20,000 bases of DNA from Catajapyx aquilonaris (Eukaryota), in contig KZ538938.1 in NCBI GenBank assembly GCA_000934665.2, positions 58,320 to 78,319 of the forward strand, written 5' to 3'. Positions 1 to 9,520 of this stretch are shown piece after piece; the first letter of the stretch is position 1; each line of letters opens with the position of its first letter. Both the position numbers and the translations under genes were made by a program. The notes beneath the pieces are model-generated. The model had not been told where the DNA came from, ran no database searches, and saw only the letters and a program-made list of their open reading frames with translations.

Positions 1-748
1 ACACAGTATTATTCCCAAAGTATGTAAGCATGCGCTCTGTGATATCCGTTCGGCTAATGCTCATTACCAGCTGGTTATTCGCTGTACCGATATGTGAAAG
101 GAAGAGAGACAGACGTCTTCATATAATTCAAGGGCGCAAAATGCAACATCGACCTGTGCAATCACTTTTCTGCATTCATGAATGTGTGACCTTCCACAGC
201 CACACCAAAAGGTATCCAAAGGGCAAAAACTGACCTAGTTCCTATTTCAGTGCAGCGGAGCCATTATAAGATTATGAATTCACAGATATTCCAATCTCCA
301 AAAATTTATGCTACTTCCAGTAAATCGCTGTAGGTTGTACGTAACAATTCCGGGTGGTACGTAACGGGCGGATATCTCAAATGTTTTCACGTTCAAAATG
401 AGAATTCTCCCAATCTAATGGCATGATGAGGTTCCTCGCACCCTACTGCCCCACATGCACTTGAGCTTCGAAACCTGTGCTGTCAAATTTCGCAGAGTTT
501 CCCCCTAGTTGCATATACCCCAGAAACTAGTGTCCAATGACGGATTGTATGTAACGAGATTTCAGACAATCGCACACACGTGGATGGCCATTGAATGAAA
601 TTACCATGATGTCCCTCACCTTCACATTTCTGCGCTGCATCTGATTTTCATAACAGTTAATCTTTTACGGCAAGTACCTAGCCGCGGTGGACTCCTAAAC
701 ACCTCAATACAGCTTCCGATGGTCTGTACATAACGCGTGGAATTGCTC
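1..748 (+). mobile_element. Non-autonomous internal-deletion derivative of the adjacent Sola2-type transposon (5' end outside window)
   Basis: 1-218 matches the reverse complement of ~4071-4305, and 226-748 matches the reverse complement of 1094-1614 (about 20 differences by eye). Ends in TIR CGTGGAATTGCTC (736-748). The transposase region is absent. Confidence 0.9.
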
Positions 749-1035
749 AATAATAATAATTCATACCCCGTTATCAGCCGGCGGCTCTTTAGGGGAGAAA
801 TTTTTGTTTTGCCTGGAACTCTTTGCTTTCATTTTACTGTGCTCTTTGGGATAGGATAGGGACGGAAGGAAGCGGCTGTGGCCTATTAATTACGGAAGCA
901 ACTCCGGAATTTCCCTGGAAGGACCGTGGGAAACCACAGAAAACCACAGTCAGAGTTGCCGGCCCCGGGATTCGAACCCAGGACCTCCCGATTAGCAGGT
1001 GGACTCCATATCCACTACACCAACCTGCTTCGGCC
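749..1035 (-). mobile_element. tRNA-derived SINE, family A (Nin/Inv-domain-like core), copy 1
   Basis: On - strand: A box TGGTGTAGTGG (1022-1012), B box GGTTCGAATCC (978-968), core GGTTTTCTGTGGTTTCCC...AGGCCACAGCCGCTTCCTTCC, (ATT)n tail. Second copy at 17338-17636. Domain name is from recall of invertebrate SINEs. Confidence 0.88.
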
Positions 1036-1093
1036 TAGGCTAATATACAGGTGCTGAAGCCAAGTATCCCGGTAACTGAAAACGGTTATAGGG

Positions 1094-4000
1094 GGGCAAT
1101 TCCACGCGTTACGTACAGACAATCGGAAGCTGTATTGAGGTGTTTAGGAGTCCACCGCGGCTAGGCACTTGCCGTAATAGATTAACTGTTATGAAAATCA
1201 GATGCAGCGCAGAAATGTGAAGGTGAGGGACATCATGGAAATTTCATTCGATGGCCATCCACGCGTGTGCGATTGTCTGAAATCTCGTTACGTACCATCC
1301 GTCATTGGACACCAGTTTCTGGGGTATATGCAACTAGGGGGAAACTCTGCGAAATTTGACAGCACATGTTTCGAAGCTCAAGTGCATGTGGGGCAGTAGG
1401 GTGCGAGGAACCTCATCATGCCATTAGATTGGGAGAATTATCATTTTGAACGTGAAAACATTTGAGATATCCACCCGTTACGTACCACCCGGCATCGTTA
1501 CGTACAACCTACAGCGATTTACTGGGAGTAGCACAAATTTTTGGAGATTGGAATGTCTGAATTCATAATCTTATTATGGCTCCGCTGCACTGAAATAGGA
1601 ACTAGGTCAGTTTTCAGAATGAAAGTAAAGGCCACAACAATGTAACGTTCCATTTTGCGTCATATGTTTGTTAAATTTTGTTAACATAAATGAAACTTAG
1701 TACTAATATAACAATTTTTAACAGTTGCAAAAAGGGAACAACATATATTCATAAGTCTCTCTATCTCTCTTAGTCTGTCTGCACAACAAACAGGCACAAA
1801 AATAACATATAAATAGCATCTTACTATATCAAACTTTACAATATAAGCTTATATCCATTTAATTTCTTGCAGAAGAGAAACATAATAAGTGATATCATAG
1901 TTTAAAGTGGCTTTGCAAAAGAAAGGGAAATATTTCATGTAGCTCTTCACAGCAAACTAACAATTCTCCAGGCTTCCCTTGTGTCGAACGATTCCTCGCC
2001 AACTTCCACAACATAGTCCCCGACGCTGCGGACGCAGTGCATCCTGTGGGTCTGTGGAATCGCTTTTGTCGCTTCCCAGTGGTCATGCAGATCGTCGGCG
2101 TTTTCCACTACTACTGCAGCAGGGACAAAGATGATTTGGATATTTGGACATGACTCTGCAGCCACGCGCGCAAAATCCGCCGCCGTGTCAGCTGACCTCC
2201 CTGCCTTCACTCTGCGCCATACCGCGTTCTTCACAGTGGCCCCTACACCATCCACGACTCCCTTTCCATGCATTGAGGCGAAGAAATGCCAGGTCACCTT
2301 AACGCCATATCGATGCCCATAGACGTGAAGGATTGTCATGAGATACCTCTGCTTGAACTGCGACGCGGCGCCGTCTGAGAAGAAATGCACCTCCTTCATG
2401 TCTTCTACTGTCTCGTCCAGATCCTTGAGAAGAGTGTCAATAAACTTGTACACTGCTATTTTATCATGCACAACATGGTCTGATATTATGGCATATCCTT
2501 TGCTCTTTCCTTCCTTAATCCATGCATACGCCGTGAACACTGTGCATTGCTGAGGGGACCAGTGCGCAGCCTGAATTTCCCCTTGCCACTTCAATGCATA
2601 GTTTTCGGCGAAGTCCACCTGAACCAGCACCCTCTTGCCGTCCACATTGTTTTTCAATTCCTCAAATGCACTGTGTTGCGCCCTCTTTATGTAGACATGT
2701 TCCAAGAAGGACGGGAGTTGCTTTTGCAAGGCTGTGAACGCCTGACTAAGGTTCCAGTCCATCTGTTGACGGATTGGTCTAGTTCCCTTTGTAATCCACT
2801 GATCACATGATGTGTTGATTGTCGTGGGGTCTTCATACATTAATTGTGAATTGTAGACCTCCAGATTGTTCTTGCATTCAAGGCACCTTCTCGTCATGCA
2901 CTCCTTGGACTCCTGATTGCAGGTCATCAACTCCAGAAAATCAGAATATGAATCTGGGATACCCACATGTGATCTCAGAGCCTCCAGTAAAAAACGCATA
3001 TTTGCATGATACTTGCAGACACAAACATCATGAGGAATGTGCCTGAACAAATGTACCTCCGGGGGCTTCAGTTCGTAAAATTTGCTCTTACCAATGGGAG
3101 GTGGGTCTCCTTGCTCACTCACAAACATGTTGTAAGCTTCTTTAACTGACAGGAGCATGTAACGCTTAGGGAGGTATGTCTTCTTTGACTTCTCGCGAAT
3201 TATGATCCTGTCACGCATATTAGGGGACTGCCATGTGATGTCATCGCGCCTGTAAAACGCTTGTACTTTCTTTGATGTTTCCAGAAGCAGAGGCCGTTTA
3301 AAAACGGACTCCCTCACAAATCTTGTTCTGCTGGGCTGCACTGTCAATGTCAGATTATTTTCCGCAGCTAGTTGTGTCAGCACAGCGCGTCTCCTCAACG
3401 GAATGCCGGCAAAGCTCTCCTTGCACGATTGACGGCCTTACCTAGAGCCTGGACCGTCGAGTAAGCTGGGGTGTCATCCACGGGTGTCTTTGCGGCTGCC
3501 GTAGCACCTGCCTGTGACATGGCTGCTTCACGTCTGTCGCGCTTCCTCTTGCGCTCTTTGGCATTCCTCTCTTTATGGGGTGTGTAGTTCTTTCGGATGG
3601 AAGCAATCCGAATCCTGCATGCTTCCTTGTCCACTTCATAATTCCCAGCCTCCTTCCGTCTGCGCCGAAAGTCAGCCTGCCTCTCCTTCGATGTTTTCGT
3701 GCACATTTCTGTAAGTTCACGGACAAAAGACGCTTGCAAGTTGGCGAAAGAAGGGTATAAACATACGTATACGCGTTTTTTGTCAAACAACTGACCTGTG
3801 ATCCAGAGGTGTCCCGCCACAAGAAGCATACACTGCTTTTGGCATTGGCCAGCGTAATCTGAGCTGCACGTTGTCGGGTGCTTGCGCTCAGTTTGGATGG
3901 TACGTAACGCTGTTTTCACCCAGATCGAAACGTCTGATGACACTGATATTTTGCACACGGCTGGAACAGTCTAATCTAACGAAGGGCCCAGCATTTGACG

Positions 4001-4424
4001 ACCCCATTTTAAACAGCACATGCATACAACACATTAGTCGGATTATTTCGTTACGTACAACCACGTCAAGTGGATACTTTTTGGTGTGGCTGTGGAAGGT
4101 CACACATTCATGCATACAGCAAAGTGATTGCACAGATCGATGTTGCATTTTGTGCCCTTGAATTATATGAAGACGTCTGTCTCTCTTCCTTTCACATATC
4201 CGGTGCAGCGAATAACCAGCTGGCAATGCGCATTAGCCGAACGGATATCACAGAACGCACGGTCAGATACTCTGGGTTGTACTGGGTTGTTGGGAATGAT
4301 ACTGTCGCAAACTAACATGGTTAAGGAAACCATGGTCCACATGCTTCGGTTTTAGTCACTCAGATTCCAACTACGTCAAGATGTAAGAACCGCACCCCAT
4401 GTCCGCTCTTTCGTGGAATTGCCC
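1094..4424 (-). mobile_element. Full-length DNA transposon, Sola2-type
   Basis: TIRs GGGCAATTCCACG (1094-1106) and CGTGGAATTGCCC (4412-4424); 4-bp TSD AGGG (1090-1093, 4425-4428). GRG...CYC termini and 4-bp TSDs are Sola2 hallmarks. Encodes a DDD transposase. Confidence 0.85.
1947..3706 (-). pseudogene. Sola2-type transposase (~586 aa) with one frameshift at ~3402-3403
   Basis: The 483-aa frame has VDFAENY, FFSDGAASQFK and HFFASMHGKGVVDGVGATVK (three catalytic Asp) plus a Cys/His cluster CVCKYH...C...C...CLEC. The upstream frame from ATG 3706 gives a basic N-terminus ending YSTVQALGKAVNRARRALPA, which continues as (S)PLRRRAVL if one base is restored. Confidence 0.85.
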
Positions 4425-4459
4425 AGGGGGCCATATACATATTACGTCATCTTCTAGGG

Positions 4460-4825
4460 CAGTGGTTCCCAACCTTTTCGTCATGACGCCCCCCTTTTCG
4501 TCAAACACTCACCCCCCCCCCCCCCCCCCCCCCCCCNTATCTTGAAAGAAAATTTTGGAACTGAGGAATGAAAACCTGTTGAAATATGGGCAACAACAGA
4601 AATTTTTTGGGGGTTCAAGGTCACAAAGTTTAGGTGAATGTCGCTGACGAAGTACGGTGTAATCTTCCTACACTGTAAGCACATCGGACACAAGCATGGA
4701 GAAAAGTCGGTCCCTTCATATTTCCAGCAGCGCCAAGCAAAAACATGTTGCATTATTTTACGTATTCTCATGGCCTCACGCCCCCCCTGAAATCCTCTCA
4801 CGCCCCCCCAGGTTGGGAACCACTG
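4460..4825. mobile_element. hAT-Charlie-type MITE
   Basis: 16-bp TIRs CAGTGGTTCCCAACCT / AGGTTGGGAACCACTG; 8-bp TSD TTCTAGGG / CTCTAGGG (7/8), close to the Charlie NTCTAGAN target. Internal poly-C run contains an N. Confidence 0.9.
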
Positions 4826-6533
4826 CTCTAGGGTGGGGGTGGGTGGGGGGTTTGCTTACAGATGACCAAAGATGAAGTAGGGCAATTTCTAAAATTGACC
4901 TTGAAATAAAGTTATGGGCAGTGTATGCCCATTACAGTGAAGTGATGATTTTGATCCACGCAGTTGTGGGACACCCCCTTCTACTCATGCTATCTATACA
5001 GACTCATCATTATCTACAAAATATGACACTATGGAGTCTACTCTAGCCATGAAAATTGACATCGGCAACCTGGAGCGATGAACACCCTCGTAACTTATCA
5101 CTAGCTGCAGTGCTACTCCTTATCGACTACTCAGTCTTCATGCAAGTCAAACCGGGAAAAAATTGTAAACAACGTTCTTCCAACAATGCAGTGCAGCCAC
5201 CCATGGGCAAAAATGATCACTACTTTCACTAGACACATTAATATGAATAAGATTACCATAAGTGTCTCATTACTGTATGGTTTACCCCTACATATAATCT
5301 CTATTATGCATATTATACCTTAGTGGCTGTCCCTTCTGCAAGTAATTGATGTTATATTTTTCAAAAATAGTGGAAGCAGTTGGAGTAATGTGCGTGGCAA
5401 AAATTTGCAAACAAAGCCTTCTTGAACAGCACTAATGTTGGTTGCATGCACATATGTCAGGGACATTCAGCTATTTCAAAGGTCTGGTATCCACAGGGCT
5501 TTTACACAAATGCTGTATCACCTGCAGAGGACACCATTCTAAATTGACGAGTCCTCGGGCATTTTGTAGATGCAAGTACACTAGAGGCACTACAGCCTTG
5601 CAAAATGTAGGCATAATTATTTTATATGATGATTTTAGTAAGCAGTGATTTGTCCTAACAAGTGATCCAGGATGCACTGAGAAATGTCTGACCCAGTTTG
5701 GCACATGGTTGTGTATCAGATGGCCCTCTTCATACCAATAATGCAGATCAGAATGTAAAATGCTACTAATTTAATACTACATATTCACAAATTACAGCAA
5801 CCTCTTACGTAACTCATTTGAGAACATGTGCATTTCAGGTACTAATTGCATCTCACAAGGGAAGTGTAAGTGTTGTCAATGGCGTTTCTGAATCAAACTT
5901 GGCACAATGATATAGGCAGGTAAGTTATTAAAGAAAATGCAAAAAATTTTGGCAGATGCCCATCACAAAGTCAAAAGTTATGACCTCTCGAACTCACAAG
6001 GGACACTTTCCAAGGTCTCACCGATTTTCTTGAAATTCGGTACATTGGTAGGCCACCCCAAGGGATGAAAAACGCACATAAAGTGACCTGCTCAAAACCC
6101 CCTTTTGACCCCTTTTTGGAGGGGAGAGGTCAAGTCTTAAATGCCGAAAACTCACCAATTTTCTTGAAATTCGGTGCATTGGTAGCCCCCAAAAAGGGGT
6201 CACCGGTCATTTTGAGCAGGTCACTTTAGGTGCGTTTTTCATCCCTTGGGGTGGGCTACCAATGTACCGAATTTCATGAAAATCTGTGAGTTTTCGGCAT
6301 TTAAGAGTTGACCTCTGCCCCCCCCCCCCCCAAAGGGGTCAACCGGGTCATTTTGAGCAGGTCACTTTATGTGCGTTTTTCATCCCTCGGGGTGGCCTAC
6401 CAATGTACCGAATTTCAAGAAAATCGGCGAGACCTTGGAAAGTGTCCCTTGTGAGTTCAAGAGGTCATAACTTTTGACCTTGTGGGCATCCGCCAAATTT
6501 TTTGCATTTTCTTTAATAACTTACCTGCCTATA

Positions 6534-7290
6534 CAGGGTGTTCCAGAGTTGACGACTCACTCTTTGAAACGCAATTACTTTCGAACGGAACAACATATTT
6601 ATTTAATGTACATACCAAAACATCAAGGAAATACTAACTTAAGACCTGTTCTCCATGGTATGGTCAACCACCCCCCCTTCCATGTCGATACAGGCCTGCA
6701 ATCGCAAGGCGACGTTGTCGCACACCTTCCGACAGAAGTCAACAGGGATCGCGTTGAACTCCTGTGTGATTATGTCACGCAGATGCTCCAGGGAGCCGAT
6801 TCGATGGTGGTAATAGTGGTAAACCTTTTCCATCATATAACCCCACAGGCATCGGACTGATTTTGCTTTTGCTGGAGAACTTTCCAGTGCATCTCGGATG
6901 CGCTTTGTTTTCTGCATTCACAACTGTTTTCCCTTTGCTGGGGTTATTTTGATCCAAGACACTTCCAGTTTCATCGAACCGTTGGTTTATCCTCGCAACA
7001 GTTTTTCGGGTAGGAGCCCGTCCACCGAAAAGGTTTGCCATTTGACTGCACACTTCTGTAACATTTTTTGTCACTGAATACAGTCGAACACACTGGACAC
7101 GTTTCTCTAATGACAGTCTTGCTTCGGCCATTTTTGTTGCAAGACCTGAGCATTGCTTTAGTACTGCCACCTACATGGAAGATTTTCGCACCCTCCCTTG
7201 ATGTTTTGGTACGTACTTTAAATAAATATGTTGTTCCGTTCGAAAGTAATTGCGTTTCAAAGAGTGAGTCGTCAACTCTGGAACACCCTG
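6534..7290 (-). mobile_element. Internally deleted Tc1/mariner element (maT/rosa-like) nested in the foldback element
   Basis: 95-bp TIRs starting CAGGGTGTTCCAGAGTTGACG (6534-6628, 7196-7290; 2 mismatches), flanked by TA on both sides; carries transposase remnants. Confidence 0.92.
6639..7131 (-). pseudogene. Tc1/mariner transposase remnant (N-terminal HTH joined to C-terminal tail; DDD domain deleted)
   Basis: MAEARLSLEKRVQCVRLY...APTRKTVARINQRFDETGSVLD (HTH), frameshift near 6905, then LWGYMMEKVY...LRDIITQEFNAI...RLQACIDMEGG (typical C-terminus) with no catalytic core between. Confidence 0.88.
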
Positions 7291-7610
7291 TATAATTGTG
7301 CCAAGTTTGATTCAGAAACGCCATTGACAACACTTACACTTCCCTCGTCAGTCTCAGAAAGTTTTGTTATCTCGCATCTGCAGGCACTCGCTCTGATTAG
7401 CTATCTGGTGTACTGGTTTTCAACTCTACCAGCTACTCTGCAACATGCACATTTGCATATACACTTACACTTGCAAACACATGGCAAAATTCAGACAGAC
7501 ACTTTGACTTCCCTTCCTCTGTAAGGGGAGGATTACATGCAACTAGTGAGCAGTTTTCAGGAAGGAGTCTCAGTATCGAGATGATTGTGGAAGTGCATAT
7601 GCATGCATAC

Positions 7611-7732
7611 CACAGTCTTCTTTGTTCCACCAGTACCAGCAGGCGACTCGTAGTTGGCCATGAAGCCTCCACCACCCATCTCGCTCTTAGGAGGGCCACT
7701 TCCACGCCCTCCCATATTCCCTCCGCCATAAC
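7611..7732 (-). CDS. RPA2: Probable replication protein A 32 kDa subunit, coding exon 2
   Basis: ttgcag|GT TAT GGC...ACT GTG|gtatgc encodes GYGGGNMGGRGSGPPKSEMGGGGFMANYESPAGTGGTKKTV, a Gly-rich GGF..SP..KK segment like the RPA32 N-terminal phosphorylation domain. In phase with exon 1. OB-fold exons not found in the window. Confidence 0.6.
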
Positions 7733-7858
7733 CTGCAAATGGGCGTCTATTACCACATCATCATAGCAGTAAGCACGCAAACCTGCTGAACAAGAAAGGC
7801 TGAATTGGGAGCATTGTCATGATTTCTCCCCCCTGCTCCCTATTCATCCCTAACGTAC

Positions 7859-7877
7859 CTCCTTGGTCCCCCCACAT
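7859..7877 (-). CDS. RPA2: Probable RPA2 coding exon 1 (MWGDQGG)
   Basis: ATG TGG GGG GAC CAA GGA G|gtacgt. The MW start and early phase-1 intron resemble animal RPA2 genes as I recall them. Confidence 0.55.
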
Positions 7878-7959
7878 AACACCCTCCTCCTTCTTCCACG
7901 TACAGTAGTCGCTGAGAGAGACAGCAAGAAGTCCGTCTTCCGGAGAACAAGAGAGGAGC

Positions 7960-8160
7960 AACGGACGGTGGGCCTCGTCAACGCTAACTAGTACTAACTT
8001 TTGGCGCGAACAATGAAGCTAGGGCCGCGGAGGGTGCGTTTAGCCTTTCCCTTACCCCCCGCCCGCCCCCTGCAGCGCCTGCCAAACCGTGCCGAACACG
8101 CCTATATGCCCAGGTTATCAGCGCTTCTGGCGGAGGAAGCACGAGGAGGTGCGGGTCAGC
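7960..8160. promoter_or_regulatory. Putative bidirectional promoter between RPA2-like gene and SRP9
   Basis: GC/CpG-rich stretch between divergent start codons (7877 and 8473); E2F-type motif TTTTGGCGCGAA at 7999-8010; GC-box-like CCCCGCCCGCCCC at ~8057-8069. Confidence 0.6.
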
Positions 8161-8472
8161 AAGTTATTCTGAAATAATCTTTTAAATTATTCCTTCGTTT
8201 CAGTTATGTCGTTTGTAATTAAGTGGGACTAATAAATAATGTGATATATTTTTATACAAATATAAATTCATAGAGTGGAACACAGTTGTGTCTTATACGC
8301 ATGCGTGTAGCACAAGTTTTGGCAACTGGAGCCACCTGATGTGCACCTGATGAAAACAAAACTGAGACCAACTAAGCAAGCAACTATCCTTGAATCTATT
8401 CCCGTTGGAGGAGGGAAAGGTGTGGATGTATAGCTAGAGTTGGAGCAGCTGTGAGACTTCACGTGGTCCAGG

Positions 8473-8544
8473 ATGACGTTCATAACATCCTGGGAGGATT
8501 TTTGTTTGGCAGCTGATAAGTTGTACTTGCAAGATCCTAGCAAG
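8473..8544 (+). CDS. SRP9: Signal recognition particle 9 kDa protein, coding exon 1
   Basis: MTFITSWEDFCLAADKLYLQDPSK|gtaggt matches the SRP9 N-terminus (human TWEEFSRAAEKLYLADPMK). Confidence 0.95.
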
Positions 8545-8632
8545 GTAGGTCAAGCTGGTCACTTGAATGTGGCAGGACGGGCTAATGGATCAGCTGGGCT
8601 CACTTGATGATTGCCGCTTACTTATTTTCCAG

Positions 8633-8701
8633 ATCCGGTTTGTGATGAAGTACGACCATGCGAAGGGAGTTTTGTACATCAAGATTACGGACAACATATT
8701 G
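8633..8701 (+). CDS. SRP9: SRP9 coding exon 2
   Basis: ttttccag|IRFVMKYDHAKGVLYIKITDNIL|gtacgt (human [23 protein letters not shown]); phase 0/0. Confidence 0.95.
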
Positions 8702-8868
8702 GTACGTGTGGTCATGGCTACTGTGGCTAAGCAGCAGCAGTATAGCTGTTCCAGGTTTACCGCGTGCGAAATGGATGAGCAGACCATTTCATTTTTCCCC
8801 AAAGTTGTACTTTCTTGCCAAATTACAGGGCTTTTTTGTGAATGTGATGCTAAGGGAAGAAAGTGTTA

Positions 8869-9016
8869 GGGCCGTTTTCTCGAACAGTGGTTCAAATGTA
8901 AACCGGGTTCAAAGCCAGTTTAAATCCCTGATTTGATTGTTGTTAGGCTGTTGTCAAGGGTTTAAACCGGCTTTGAACCGGGTTTACATTTGAACCACTG
9001 TTCGAGAAAACAGCCC
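8869..9016. mobile_element. PIF/Harbinger (Tourist-like) MITE in SRP9 intron 2
   Basis: ~55-bp TIRs GGGC(C/T)GTTTTCTCGAACAGTGGTTCAAATGTAAACC...; TTA TSD at 8866-8868 and 9017-9019. Confidence 0.9.
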
Positions 9017-9210
9017 TTAGAGTGTATAATACTGGTAGTAACAAGTAGACGTCTTTTTATTCAATTACAGTAGAATTCAGATGGCTGTTCCTAATTTGAT
9101 CCTTCACAAGTCCAACTATATTTCAGCAATATCCATTGACCTGAAAATGATTGAAAGTGCTTCTCTGGTGATAATTGTGTCAATTTATATGCCAATGCTC
9201 AAGAAATATA

Positions 9211-9420
9211 TAGGGTGTCTGAACTTTTTTGTCCAAACAATTGTAGGAAATATTGCACTAAGCTGCTTATTTTTTAGCAGTGACATGCAACCAGTGATGC
9301 TTCCCTGGCTTTATCAGTTGAGGGATGTGCCAGGAATGTTGGGGCATATTTTGGCTACATAGCTAGAAGATACATAGGCTTTTCCAATAACTGTTCGGAC
9401 AAAAAAATTTAGACACCCAG
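9211..9420. mobile_element. Degenerate Tc1/mariner MITE in SRP9 intron 2
   Basis: Imperfect ~40-bp TIRs (TAGGGTGTCTGAACTTTTTTGTCC / GGACAAAAAAATTTAGACACCCAG) flanked by TA. Confidence 0.7.
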
Positions 9421-9520
9421 TATTTATAAGTAGGAGTGAACAGGATTGCAGGGCAGGTGTTACCATACTTAATGAATCAAAAACTATCGGGCATTGAGAT
9501 GCAAGACTCACTGACGTGTA

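Larger units (their letters stand above)
5858..7345. mobile_element. Foldback-like non-autonomous element (~730 bp once the nested Tc1/mariner is removed), superfamily unassigned
   Basis: Left arm 5858-~6190 is the reverse complement of ~6255-6533 plus 7293-7345 (termini AGGGAAGTGTAAGTGTTGTCAATGG). An internal ~140-bp unit is repeated in both arms. No clear TSD. Confidence 0.85.

Noticed and set aside
30..233. ORF similar to ORF 3888-4226; likewise paired ORFs 823-1038/17334-17564 and 16531-16740/17066-17365
   Set aside because: Similarity comes from repeated non-coding transposon or SINE sequence, not a gene family.
958..1035. tRNA-like sequence (Ser-like, GCT loop); also 10827-10895 and 17338-17418
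   Set aside because: These are SINE heads followed by SINE bodies and (ATT)n tails, most with TSDs; not tRNA genes.
3395..3405. Programmed frameshift or intron joining the two transposase frames
   Set aside because: No slippery sequence or GT-AG intron of workable size; a 1-bp deletion or sequencing error is simpler.
6017..6430. Spaced repeats resembling a CRISPR-like array
   Set aside because: Units are ~140 bp, inverted between arms and have no unique spacers; eukaryotic foldback element.
7433..7780. 115-aa ORF on - strand
   Set aside because: Alternative frame over the Gly-rich RPA2-like exon and its introns; no recognisable protein.
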